DNA from: Sphyrna mokarran
Lineage: Eukaryota
NCBI GenBank assembly: GCA_024679065.1
Contig: JAGIQG010000002.1
Coordinates: forward strand, 36,580,001 to 36,644,000
Direction of reading: 5' to 3'
DNA length: 64,000 nucleotides
Position numbers and translations under genes: made by a program. Numbering within the stretch: the stretch's first letter is position 1; every line of letters begins with the position of its first letter. The notes under the pieces are model-generated. The model saw only the letters and a list, made by a program, of their open reading frames with translations, did no database searches and was not told the DNA's origin. Below are positions 26,795-39,766 of the stretch, one piece after another.

Positions 26795-27212
26795 AGGCAG
26801 CCTTCATGATAATGACAGTGCAGTGTCGTTGAGCAGAGACTGATAGCCAAGTTCCGCACACATGAGGACGGTCTCAACCGGGATCTTGGGTTCATGTTAC
26901 ACTATCTGTGATTCCCATGACTTGCCTGAATTTGCAAAATTTCACTAACTATCCTGTCTGGAACAGTACACATTCTCTTTAACCTGTGATTAATGGTCTT
27001 TCCACTCATTGTCTGTACTTTTAAGACCTGATTATCTGTAAAGATTCGAATTCCAATGATTTAGTTAGTAAATTGAGTTTGTGTCTTTATATGCCCTGTT
27101 TGTGAATATAACTCCCACTCATCTGACAAAGGAGCAGCGCGCTGAAAACTAGTAGCTTTTGCTACCAAATAAAACTATTGGACTTTAACCTGGTGTAAAG
27201 TCTTCTTACTGT
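26795..27212 (+). mobile_element. Penelope-like element 3' fragment with pseudo-LTR
   Basis: GIY-YIG C-terminus (EQRLIAKFRTHEDGLNRDLGFM), decayed hammerhead motif at 27123-27150, then AATAAA...TTGGACTTTAACCTGGTG. Confidence 0.75.
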
Positions 27213-27604
27213 GTCCTACCATGTAGCAGGAATGTAGTGGTGAATTTGTTTTATACTGTCTCTTGGATATAATGAAGCAATTGAACTATTTGCAGATTGG
27301 GACCAAGACTTAAATGTTTTGGGAGCTATTCAAATTGGTTAGATGCTGGTGGTTTGACAGGGGAGGTTGATTGCAGAACTGGTTGTAGACAGCACTGATG
27401 GATTTGTGCGTAAAGGCTAAAGACAACATGTTATGCAATTGAGGGTTTTCTTAATTGCAGTGAAATTCTAACTTTTTATAGATATAAAAGACACAGTAAT
27501 GAACTTATTTCTCAATCTGAAATATTTTATTTGTACAGTATTGGCTTCCAGATTACAAGAAGAATTTTGGTGCTTTGGTGAGGATACAGCTACCTTAAGA
27601 TACA

Positions 27605-30600
27605 TTGATGTTCATCCATTGTCATCGATGAGGACCTCGGCACCATTAGTCATTTTGAAGCTGGTTGCAGTGTGTCCGAAGATGACTGATCAGCCAATTC
27701 GGGCATGGAATGTCCTGGTACATATTGGACCGACTTGTGTAGACACTGTAGTTGTTGCGCTGGTGGCTGTGGACTTGCGCAGTTGTGCTTAAGTTGTGCT
27801 TTAACAATGCACCTTGCTTTGTGAACTTGACAGCCTTTGTGGATGAAACAGTGCCAGAGAGTGGCTTTGTGCCAGCGTTTCCCAGGTGGACATGTCTATG
27901 TCATGTTACTTCATGGAGGCTTTGAGTGTGTCTTTGAAACATTTCTTCTGCAGTCAATGCAAGCGTCTTCCAGCAGAGTTCCTCAAAAAGGAGCTGCTTC
28001 GGTATGCACTCGTCTGACATATGGATGACATGACCTGCCCATCGGGTCTGTGCTCTCATCAGCAGTGTGTGGACTGATGGTAGACTTGTTCTAGAGAGAA
28101 CTTCAGTGTCTGGTATTTTGTCTTGCAATCGGATGCGTAATATTTATATCAAGTCATGTGGAAATGATTGAGCTGTCTTGCATGCCTTCGATACACAGTC
28201 CACGTTTCATAGATATACAGGAGGGTAGTGAGTACCATGGTGCTGTAAACCTTCAGTTTTGTTGCTGAGCTGATTCCTCGACATTCCCATTCAGTGGAGC
28301 ACAGTCTACCAAAAGCAGAACTTGCCTTTGTTAACCTCTGCATCTATAGTCACTGCTTGGGAGAGGGTGCTACCAAGATAAATGAACCAGCCCACTGCCT
28401 GTAGTTCCTGCTCTATGATTGTGATTATGGGTTCTGTGTATGGTGCGTGACTTCGGTCTTTTTAATGTTGATGGTGAGTCCAAAGTTGTCACATACCATG
28501 GAAAATTTGTTCATACTGACTTGCATCTCTGGCTCTGAGCCAGCATACAGGACACAGTCATTGGCAAAGAGGAAATCTCTCAGGACAGTCTCCTTCACTT
28601 TGGTAACAAATTGAAGTCTCCAGTAGGTTGAAAAGCTTCCCATCTGTTCTGTACTTGAGGCTGATTCCAGCAATACTGTCCTGGAAGGCATCATTCAGCA
28701 TGGCAGTAAACATCATGCTAAACAGTGTGGATGATGATGGATGAACAACAAGAATGTATCTTAAGGTAGCTGTATCCTCACCAAAGCACCAAAATTCTTC
28801 TTGTAATATGGAAGCCAATACTGTACAGATTTCTCAATCTGAAATATTTTATAAGTTCACAGTGTTTGATGCTCTTGGTGACTGGAAATGCCTCAGAGGA
28901 TTCTCCACCATCCAGTACTCTGGCTGTCATGGAGCTGGCATACCATCTGAATGAATTTAGGGGGGCAGCCGAACTTTAACATGATCTATCACAGGCCTTG
29001 TCGGCTTACAGTATCAAAGGCTTTTGCGAGGTCAGCAGAAGTTGTGTAGAGCTAGCAATTCTGCTCCTGACACTTCTCCTGAAGTTGACATGCAGCAAAA
29101 ATCATGTCAGTCGTCCCATGACCTTTGTGGAAGCCACACTGTGACTCTGGAAGCATGCCCAGCTCCAAATGAGCGACCAGACGATTTAGCAGGACTCTTG
29201 CAAGGGTTTGCCTGTGATGGAGAGCAGCGAGATTCCTCGGCAGTTGTCACATATTTACTGATTGCCCTTCCTCTTGTACAGATGCACGATGGAAGCATCT
29301 TTAAGTTCCTGAGGAATGGATTCTTGCTTCCAAAAGGACTAGAACAATTCGGTGAGCTTTTTGATAAGTGCAGGACCTGCAGCTTTAGGGACCTCTGCGG
29401 GTATGGCATCTGCCTCTAGGGCTTTGCCATTGGATAGCTGGCTGACAGCTTTTGTGACTTTGGCTACTACTGGTGCATCATCCATGGCGCTGTTGATGTC
29501 AACCTGGGGAATCCTGTCTATTGCCTCATTGTTAATAGATGACGGTTGGTTGAGGACTGCTTTTAAAGTGTTCAGCCCATCTCTGCAGGATCTAAGCCTT
29601 CTCTGTAATGAGAGTTGAACCATCTGTACTCAGGAGGGGGGAACCCCTAAGAGATTCAGATCCATATAGAGTGTTGAGGGTTTCGTAGAACCATTTCAAG
29701 TCATTTTTGTCAGCATATCCTTGTATTTCATGTGCTTTGGCGCTCAGCCAGGCACCTGCAATTTACGTAGTTTATTCTGGACTGTCCTGAGAGCACTGGT
29801 AAAAGCATTTTTCTTGGCAGCTGAAGATGGGTTGTTCTGACAGGCCTGATGAAGACTGTGCTTTTCAACAAGTAGACCCTGTATCTCCTTATCATTCTCA
29901 CCAAACCAATCATGCTGCATGCGGGTAGAGGACCCGAGCGTTTTCAGCACAGATGTATGAATAGCATCCCTGAAGCGTTTCCAGTTGTTTTCAGCACTGC
30001 CTGTGAGGTGTAGGTCAGCAAGCTTGATTTCTAAGTGTTCAGCCAGTGCTGAAGCTATGCTGGAGTTCTTTAGCTTGGCTGCATTGATTCTTTTCATCAC
30101 TTTTCTTCCTTGTGGTCACCTCTTGAGTCTGATGCGGAGCCTCATTTTGGAAACAACGAGCCTGTGATCTGTCCAGCAGTCAGCACCACATGTGGCCTTG
30201 GTTACTCTGATGTCCTGCCTGTCTTTTTTCCTGACAATGACATAGTTGATAAGATGCTAATGCTTAGAGCGGGGATGCATCCAGGAGGTCTTGTTACAGG
30301 TGGGCAGATGGAAAGTTGTGCTGGTGACGAGGAGGTCGTGTGCTGCACAGGTCTTCGGTAAGAGTAGGCCACTGTCATTACATTTGCTCACTCCGTGCCT
30401 CCCAGTGACTCCCTGCCAGACTGCAGAATCACACCCTACTCTTGCATTGAAATCGCCAAGCAAGATCAGCTTGTTGGTACTGCTCACTGCTGATAGTAGG
30501 GCATCTAGTTCTTCATAGAACTTTGTCTTTCATCTCGTCTGGGTTGTTTATTGTGGGGGCATAGGCGCTGATCAGGGTGGCTTGACTTCTGTTCTGTAGT

Positions 30601-31763
30601 GGAAGCTGTAATGTCATCAGCCGAGCATTCACACCCTTGGGTAGACTATCAGATTTCTGAACAAGGTGACTCCTGACGGTGAATCCAACTCCAGCATCAC
30701 GACGCTCATCGCTGTCATGACCACTTTAGAAAAAAGTGTATCCACCTCCAGTTTCAGTCAACTGACCTACATTGGCAAGACGTGTTTCACTCAGGGCTGC
30801 AATGTCAATGTTGTATCTTGCAAGCTCTTTGGCAATTAAGGTTGTTCTTCTCTCTGGTTTGTCTGCTGGAGAGTTGTCCAAAAGTGTGCGCACATACCAA
30901 GTGCCAATGGTGAGCAGTGTCACCTTTGTGTTTTATTTTGTGTGTTTGATTGCAAGATGGGTTCCCTGCCATCTGCAGTGAACTGGTCAGGATGTAGTGA
31001 AGCAGGCAATATTTTCTAGCCCCTTCCTCATTCTACGGAGATGAGCAGTGCGTTCCTGAAGAGGACTGCTCAGTTGCCCAGATAGACACTGAGTTCCACT
31101 GCTGCTTCGGTCAGCGGAAAACGATCATTAGACCTGAGCCACCTGCGCCCAATTCCCAGTGTATCCACACCTGCTGCTTTGCCACTCGCCCATCACCACC
31201 TCAGGACTTCAAGGGTTGAACAAGACACTGATGATGAAGATGTCAAAACTAGCGCTTGATTTGGATTAAAGTGAGGGAGAGTTGCTCAGCATCAGTTTCA
31301 CTCTCTTCCCAATTCCATCTAGATCCAGTGGCAAGACAAAAGTCAAGACGGCTCAGGTGGGACTCGGTGCAGAGGATGACCAGGACGTCTTCTGTGTCTT
31401 GTCCTGCTCTTCGCATTCCACGACGCTTGCAGAGACCACCTTCTTGATCATTGGACCTTCCACTGGTCTCATCCGCTCAGTCCACCAGACTCTGTCTTCA
31501 CGTGCTGTGATAAACATCTCCCTATCTCTGAGACCTGTCGGCTACTCTCGCCTGGTTTAGCCGGCTTGTCAAGCTGTTTCCTAGGGTGTGGCCGCTGTCG
31601 CATGCAAACAGCTACGGGGGCCACAGGTGAGATCTAAATGCCAGATGGGAACAAAGGATGGACAAACCGCCCTAAAAGGACACGGTGTTCCCCCATCAAA
31701 GGAATTACTCGCCCCTGACACATCCACCCCCCCCCCCCCACCCCCCCCCCACCCCATACATGC
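27605..31763 (-). mobile_element. Full-length decayed RTE-clade LINE
   Basis: APE motifs (TWYVRTL, DIAALSETR, LLGDFNARVG), RT pieces, GATGAACA-type 3' end, and a 12-bp TSD CCTTAAGATACA at 27593-27604 and 31764-31775. Confidence 0.92.
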
Positions 31764-31775
31764 CCTTAAGATACA

Positions 31776-32575
31776 AAAGAATATGTGAATTAGGAGCAGC
31801 AGTGGGCCATTTTACTCCTTGACCTTGTTCTGCCATTTGATAAGATCATGGCCAATCTGATCGTAGTCTCAACTTCTACTTTTCTTGTCAACCCCCATAC
31901 TCTTTGACTCTCTTGATAATCAGTCTATTCAACTCGAGCTTAAAAATATTCAATAGTCATGCATGCATTGCTCTTGGAACAGGAATAGACCATTTGGCCC
32001 TTCGAGCTTGCTCTATCATTCGTTATTATTATGGCCTGATCCTGGTCTCTCCTCCCCCAAACCATATCTTTTGGTCCACTTTTTCTCAAGAATTAAATCT
32101 ACCTCTTCCTTGAAAATATACAATGTTTTGCCTCAACTGTTTTCTGTGGTAGTGAATTCCACAGACTTACAAATCTCTGGGTGAAGAGATTTTGCATCTG
32201 AGTCTTAAATGATTTGCCCCGTATCTTTAGACTTTGACCCTTGATTCTGGACATCCCCACAATTGGGAACATCCATATTGCATCTCTCCTGTCTAGTTTA
32301 TAGTTTTGAGATCCTCCTCCTCATTCTTCCAAACCTCAGCGAATATAATTTTAATGGTCTCAAGCTCTTCTTGAAAGTCAGTCCCACTATCTCAGAAATC
32401 AGTCTGGTAAATCTTCTTTGCATTCCCTCTATAGCAAGGAAATCATTCCTCAGATAAGGAGACCAAAACTGCACACAATATTCCAGGCGTGGCCTTGCCA
32501 AGCTCCTGTATAATTGCACCAAGACACCCCTCCTTCTGAATTTGAATCCTCTCACTATGAAGACCACTATACCAT
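31776..32575 (-). mobile_element. Older CR1 3' fragments
   Basis: LYRSLARPRLEYCVQFWSPYL, with two GGAGCAG...GGCCAT-type tails (about 31790 and 31980). Confidence 0.75.
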
Positions 32576-32645
32576 TTCTCTTATCTCTTGGACAATGCCA
32601 GCCTAGCACTGCCCATCAGGTAGCAAACATCATCCTGTCCTTAAC

Positions 32646-34623
32646 GAATTAAAGTTAATTCGCTGGTTAAAAGGAAAAAGGAGGCTTATGTCAGGATGAG
32701 GCTTGAAGGCTCAGTTAGTGTACTGGATAGCTATAGATTAGCCAGGAGGGAGCTAAAGAGTGTGTTGAGAAGAGCTAAAAGGGGACACGAGAAGACTTTG
32801 GCTGATAGGATCAAGGAGAATCCTAAAGCTTTCTTTAGATATGTTAAGAATAGAAGATTGGTTAGGGCAAGATTAGGGCCAGTCAGAGACAGCAGTGGGA
32901 AGTTGTGCGTGGAGCCTGAAGAGATTGGAGAGGCACTGAACAAATATTTTTCTTCGGTATTCACGCAGGGAGATGTAAATGTAGTTGTGGAGAACACTGG
33001 GATACAGGGTTGCAAACTGGAAAGTACTGAAGTAGATAAGGAGGATGTGCTAGATATTCTTGAGGGTTTGAAGTTAGATAAGTCCCCTGGGCTGGACAGG
33101 ATTTACCCTAGGATTCTCTGGGAGGCGAGAAAGGCAATTGCAGAGCCTCTGGCTCTGATCTTCAGGTCGTCGTTCATTACAGGTATAGTGCCGGAAGACT
33201 GGAGGATAGTGAATGTGGTCCCATTGTTCAAGAAAGGGAATAGAGACTTTCCTGGGAATTATAGACCGGTGAGTCTTACTTCTGTTGTGGGCAAAGTATT
33301 GGAAAGAATTATTAAGGATAGGATTTATAGTTATTTAGAGAGAAACGAATTGATTGGGGATAGTCAGCATGGTTTTGTGAAGGGTAGGTCGTGCCTTACT
33401 AACCTTATTGAGTTTTTTGAAAAAGTGACCAAAGAGATGGATGGGGGTAAGGCAGTTGATGTGGTATATATGGACTTTAGTAAGGCGTTCGATAAGGTGC
33501 CCCATGGAAGGCTTCTGCAGAAAATGCAGATGTATGGGATTGAGGGTGATTTAGCTAATTGGATTAGGAATCCATTATCCATGATAGAAGACAGAGGGTG
33601 GTGGTTGATGGAAATTATTCATCATGGAGTTCGGTTACAAGTGGTGTACCTCAGGAATCTGTTTTGGGGTCCCTGCTGTTTGTAATTTTTATAAATGATC
33701 TGGATGAGGGTATTGAAGGATGGATTAGAAAATTTGAGGATGACACCGAAGTCTGAGGAGTGGTAGATAGTGAAGAGGGGTGTTCTAGTTTGCAGAGAGA
33801 CTTAGACAAGTTGCAGAGCTGGGCCGAGAGGTGGCAGATGGAGTTTAATGCGGAAAAGTGTGAGGTAATTCACTTTGGCAGGAATAACAAATGTGTAGAG
33901 TATAGGGCTAATGGTAGGACTCTTAATAGTGTTGAAGAACAGAGGGATCTTGGTGTATATGTGCATAGATCCCTGAAAGTTGGCAATCAAGTCGATAAGG
34001 TTGTTAAGAAGGCATATGGAGTCTTAGCTTTTATTGGTAGGGGGATTGAATTTCGGAGCCGCAACGTCATGTTGCAACTGTACAAAACTCTAGTGCGGCC
34101 GCACTTGGAGTATTGTGTGCAGTTCTGGTCCCCACATTATAAGAAAGATGTGGAGGCATTGGAGAGGGTACAGAGGAGGTTTACCAGGATGTTGCCTGGT
34201 ATGGAGGGCAGGTCTTATGAAGAGAGGCTGAGGGATTTGAGGTTGTTTTCGTTAGAAAGAAGGCGGCTAAGAGGAGACCTTATTGAAACATATAAGATGA
34301 TTAGAGGTTTAGATAGGGTGGACAGTGATAGCCTTTTCCCTAGGATGGAGAAAGCTAGCACGAGGGGACATAGCTTTAAATTAAGGGGTGGTAGTTATAG
34401 GACGGATGTCAGAGGTAGGTTCTTTACCCAGAGGGTGGTAAGGGTATGGAATGCCTGCCTGCTGCAGTTGTAGATGCGCCAAGTTTGGTGGCGTTTAAGA
34501 GGTTAGTAGATAAGTTTATGGATGAAAAGGGAATGGTTTAGGTTAGAGGGTCATTGCTTTTTCCAAATTGGTCGGCGCAACATCGAAGGCCGAAGGGCCT
34601 GTTCTGCACTGTAATGTTCTATG
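32646..34623 (+). mobile_element. CR1 LINE, 5'-truncated, same family as 2445-4683
   Basis: 329-aa and 237-aa ORF2 pieces, TTCTATG tail, and TTAAC TSD at 32641-32645 and 34624-34628. Confidence 0.93.
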
Positions 34624-35850
34624 TTAACCTCTCAGGGGGGCCTCAGTGGCTCCCCTTGATGGGGACCCCTCCCTGTGGAGGAGGGAGAGACACTAGTGAG
34701 CCTAGAGAATACTGTCCTGGGCTCACAAATCATATTGAAATATGAATTTCAATGTGGTAATCAGGCTTGCGCCGATTTCTGACATAAGGCTGGTAACATT
34801 GAAAAACGTTGCCTGGGAAACTTGCAATCGGCTGGACACAGATTCCTGCTGTGCAGTACACTCTAGAGCCAACTACAGAGCAGGCTATTCTGAAGGAGAA
34901 TTGTTCCCCAAAATATCTCTTCAGCACTTGCGCGGGCAGACACGTGCATGCTCATGCATTTTCTTTCACATATGCTCACAGAACTGTATACTTCTGTTTT
35001 TAATTGGATATATCTTTAACTTTCTTAGCTAGCCACAGATGGTGCATTTGAATCCTCACCGAAGTGCTGCTTTGAACATTCTGAAATATTTCCTCAACTG
35101 TCTGTTACTGCGTCTCTACTGACCTGTTCCTTAACTTATTTTCCGAGTTCACTTTAGCCAGTTCTGTCTTCGTGCCTTTTTGTAGTTTCCTTTAAGTCTT
35201 AAAACACTAACCTTAGAACCACTTTTCCTTCACCTGATTAAATTTCGCACTTAGTTTATGATCACTGCAACTTAAAGGCTCCTTTTACTATGAGATCATT
35301 AATTAATCTTACCTTATTGCACTAGATATTCTGTACCAGGTATAGAATAGCCTTATCTATAATTGGCTCGATGGTGTGCTCCCCTAAAAGATTATTCCAA
35401 AAATGCTCTGTAAATTGATATCCCTGGCTACCTTTGATCTGATTCATCCAATATATACGTAAATTTAAATTACCCATGAAGGTATGAAATTCACTTCCAG
35501 GATTAGCAGTAAATGTTTAAGATTTTTTGGATAGGTGTTTTATATTTCACTGAATTACTATAGCTAAGTATAAATGAATAGAAAATGTGAATTGCATTTA
35601 CTGCTTTAGCATTTGATTGCAAGTATGTGTGAGCCACTCAATCAGTTGTAAATTCTGTCTGTTTTGACTGAATTATAGACCTCAGAACTGTTGCAAAATT
35701 TAACCAGCACTTATTAAGAAGTGATTTTACTCTTTTTTTAAGCTGTCAATTGATATCAGTTCTTACAAAAGTTAAGAATTTATGCCCTAATATGTATAGG
35801 TTTTCTCTTCTGTAGCATTAAGTGCTTATGCATTTTGACTTTCTATTTAG

Positions 35851-35995
35851 AACTCTCCTGTGGAAGGGAAGATTAAAGATCAGTCACCAATATTGAGCCC
35901 CATGATATGTAACAACGCCAATCTGTCTCTTGGATCACTTTGTTCTCCTTTACCTCAGAGTGCCAAAGCATGTGACAAGAAGCTTAAGACAACAG
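35851..35995 (+). CDS. MASTL: MASTL coding exon 6 (non-conserved middle region)
   Basis: ctatttag|AAC TCT CCT GTG...ACA G|gtttga; 145 nt. Phase 0 in and phase 1 out join exons 5 and 7 in frame. The donor is weak. Confidence 0.8.
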
Positions 35996-36461
35996 GTTTG
36001 ATGAACACAAATGAATGCATTGCTGACAGATGCCAGTATATTGGCTCTTGTAAATTGTTCAGTTTTGAAATTTTGTAGTCAGCAGTTTTGTGAGATGACA
36101 GCTGTAAGTTCATTGCTCAGGAGTTGACTTAGTTCTTATCCATAAGTAATTCTTAAACTGACTGCTAATTATAAAGTATCACAAAACGAAGACTTTTTGG
36201 CATTGGAGTTACCAATTATGTGTGTAAGCTGGCATTTAAAAAAACAATGGGAAAAGTAATAATCTGAATACGTTCATTTACATTTAATATCAAATGTAAA
36301 GGTTATTTAGTTCTCGCAAAAGCAATAATTATCCACTCATTATTGTTGAAAATCACTTCTGAATGTTTATAACCTCACCCATTTGAATGCATTTTTGTAT
36401 TTTTCAGTTAATCTGTCTGATTATCCTGATGAGTGGTGACCTGTACATTTTCCTCCACCAG

Positions 36462-36628
36462 GTGCTGACAGCTCGTCTTGCAGCCCCTGTATGCCAGTCA
36501 GATACCTGGGTCCAGATTTTATCCAGTCAAATAAAAAGTCTGAAATTTTAAGTGCCAGTAATCAATCACACCCAGTACCTTCCAGCAGAGAGTCAGGGTG
36601 CTTAAATAGCCCACCGTGGGAAAAAAAG
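36462..36628 (+). CDS. MASTL: MASTL coding exon 7
   Basis: ccaccag|GT GCT...AAG|gttagc; 167 nt; ADSSSCSPCMPVRYL...SSRESGCLNSPPWEKK. Confidence 0.88.
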
Positions 36629-36829
36629 GTTAGCTTTGTGACTTTTTATTACCTAATTAATAATTACGTTTTCAGTATTTCAAAACATACAGTTGGTGGA
36701 TATAATGTGACTATTGAAATATGATCTTTCACATGTAAATTTGAGGTTGAGCACTATTTGGGTCATTGTGATCAATTTTTTTTACGAATCACCATATGCA
36801 TCTAAATTTGTAGTTCTCTGACAGTTCAG

Positions 36830-38650
36830 AAAATTCAGTTGCTCAAGTCTGCACCAGTATTCAATCAGGTGATAATTGATCTGTAGTGTAACTTCATATA
36901 CCAGCTGTTGATCCATATTCCAACAAGTTTGCCAAAGATGATTTCCCTGTCATAATTCTGCATTGACTCAATCCTACCAATATTTTCGATGTGTCCAATT
37001 ATCATTTCCTCTATAATAGCTTCTAGCATTTTCCTTGCTAATGGTCTGTAGTTCCCTGTTTTATCTCTTTTGTTTCTTTCTGCCTGCCATTTCTTAAATG
37101 TTACTACTCTCTAATCTAGAGGTCTCATTCCAGAGTCTATAGAACTTTGAAAACTGATCACCAATGTGTCTGCTATCTCTACAGCCACCTCTTTCAGCAC
37201 TCTGGGATGTAGATAGTCAGGTCAAGAGAACATCAGCTTTCAGTCCCATTTAGTTTCTTCAGTACATTTTACTGGTACCAATTTTTTTCAGGGCTTCAAT
37301 CTCACTACAGATAGAATATTCTTTATCCATAAATCCAAAAATGTCAAAACTTTTTTGCTCGTCCTCAACCGTTAAGACTGTTTACCTTGCGATTTTTGTG
37401 GTGAACGTGTCAAAAAGAAACTTGTTTTGGGTACTTTATTTATTATTTAATATATCTTACTTTTCTAGTTGCTTTATTTACTTTAATTAATTAGCCCAGA
37501 TTTGGGCTATTATAATGTAAGTTTATATGTGTGATCTAAAACCAAAATTAGCTAAAATCCAAAATGCAATCGTCCCCGAGGGCTTAAAATGAAGGTTACT
37601 CAACCTGCTACTCCTTGGATCCCCAATATTTCAAGGTTTTATTTTGTCGTCCTCTGAAGACAGATGCAATGTATTTGTTTAGTTTCTCTGTTTGCCATCA
37701 TAAATTCTCTGTTATCTGCCTGCAGTGGTTCCATATTTGTCTTTACTAACATTTTTCCTTTTTCCATGCCTACAGAAGAACTTACAGTTGGTTTATGTTC
37801 CTTGTTAGTTTACTTTCATTCTATTATCTCTTTATTTATCAATTCCTTGTTTCTCTTCTGCTGAATTTTAAGATGCTCCCAATCCTTAGACATGCTAGTT
37901 TTTTTGGTAGCTTTTACCTGCTTCTTCCTTTTGATCAAATAGAATCTTTAACTTGTTAAGTATGATTGAATCACACATAGTTCCCAGTCTACCTAAGGCA
38001 ATTTAGTTTCTTTTGTTTAGATTAAAGACTCTAGTTTCCAATTGAACTACAGCACTTTAAAACTTGGTGTAAAATTCCATCACATTATAGTCAGTCGTTC
38101 ACAACATAATTATTCATCCTTTCTCTTTCAAAATGCTCAATCTAAAATAATCCGTTCTTTAGTCTGGGTCCACTGTTTTGGAAAACCATCAAGTATGCAT
38201 TCCAAGAACTTGGCTTCCTTGGTGGTTAGTGCTAGTTTGGTTTAACCATACGTTGAAGTAACTACTGTGTTACTCTTGTTACATGCACCTCTAATTCCTG
38301 ATTCATACCATGCCCTACATTACCACTACAATTGCCTTGACATTTGCTACCCCCACTCTTACCTCTACCCAAACTGATTCTCGATTTTATCATCTTATCT
38401 AAGATCCTCTTTTACTAATGTATTGATCCCATCCTTTATTAATAATGTGATTTTTAATTCACTTTCTTTTTTGCCTATCATTCCTAAATGCTGAATAGTC
38501 TTGAACTTTACTCTTCCAACCTTGATCACGCTGCAGCCATGTCTTAATGGCAACCATATCTCTAATGGCAATTGGGTCATGTCTGATTACTTTTATTTGT
38601 GCCATTAATCCATCTATCTTGTAATGAATGCTGTATGCATTCAGCGTGCT
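36830..38650 (-). mobile_element. Highly decayed CR1 fragments
   Basis: Residual APE motif (IWLPLRHG, a shifted xAITETW) and linker similarity. Boundaries approximate. Confidence 0.5.
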
Positions 38651-39766
38651 ATTAATTCTTGGGTATTATTATTTTTGCAATTTTTATCTTTGGACACTGG
38701 CGCATCCTTGGGCTGGTGCACTCTGTTCTGTCCTGCCACGTTTTGGTAACCATTTCCTTGCTATTCTGCTGTGTCTGTTCTCTAGTTTTGCATCTTTTCT
38801 CGCCCCCACTGTTTAGCTTAAAGCCCCCTCCACTAGTTATATGACTTGAAGTTTCTATTGTCCATTAGCATGGGATCAGAATTCCTATGTGTGACAATGA
38901 TTTACCTTTCTACTAATATCCATGGACTCGATAACTAGCAGATGTTACGCTGCCTGATTCTCTGTCTGACATCAAGTCATGAATGAAATAAGTTTTCTGC
39001 AGTTTAGCATTTGGCAAGATTGAAGTTACATCATACTGTGTAACCACTGAATATTTAGCATTATGATTATAATCTATATTGCCATAATATTTTATTGACA
39101 CTGGCACACTATTTTAATTGAGGCATTGAAATCTATTAAGTTAACACAACACAAAAATTTCATTCAAATGAGTTAAATGCCTTCAAGGCTTAGAACTTTA
39201 AATTTCACTGAAAATTCTACCCCCTACAACTAATTTTGATGTGTTCCAATGAGAATTAAGATGACGAGATGCAAACGTGACCTGGATCAAGGCAAATGCA
39301 AGTGGAATATTGAACATCTCCGACGGCAAAATTTGTGAACCTAATTGTAAAATTGGTATGACATGAAATTGATATTTTTCTGTGGTACCCCCTCCCCAGT
39401 TGCAGCAATAAGAATGCAGACATCCTGTGATACAATGCACTCAGTGACTGGTTTAAGTAATTGCAACTCAGTATCACTCAGTGATACTATGACACCATAG
39501 AAAAGTTGTTTTATGCAAAGATTTATGTGCTGAGAATATCATACATAATTTTGGGAGTAGGTGGGGATCTGCAAATAGATTAATGCTTACATTGGAGAGC
39601 ATTTTGAATTGAACTCATGAAATCATGCGGATATGAGTTAACCCAAAACTTGCTGTGTGTTTACAATTGTCAGGTAGCTCAATTGATTATGGATGTACCT
39701 AGTGAAGTTTGCAAGACAATTCTTTTTTGTTCAGCACAGATTTTAATTTTTCTGTGATCTCTGCAG

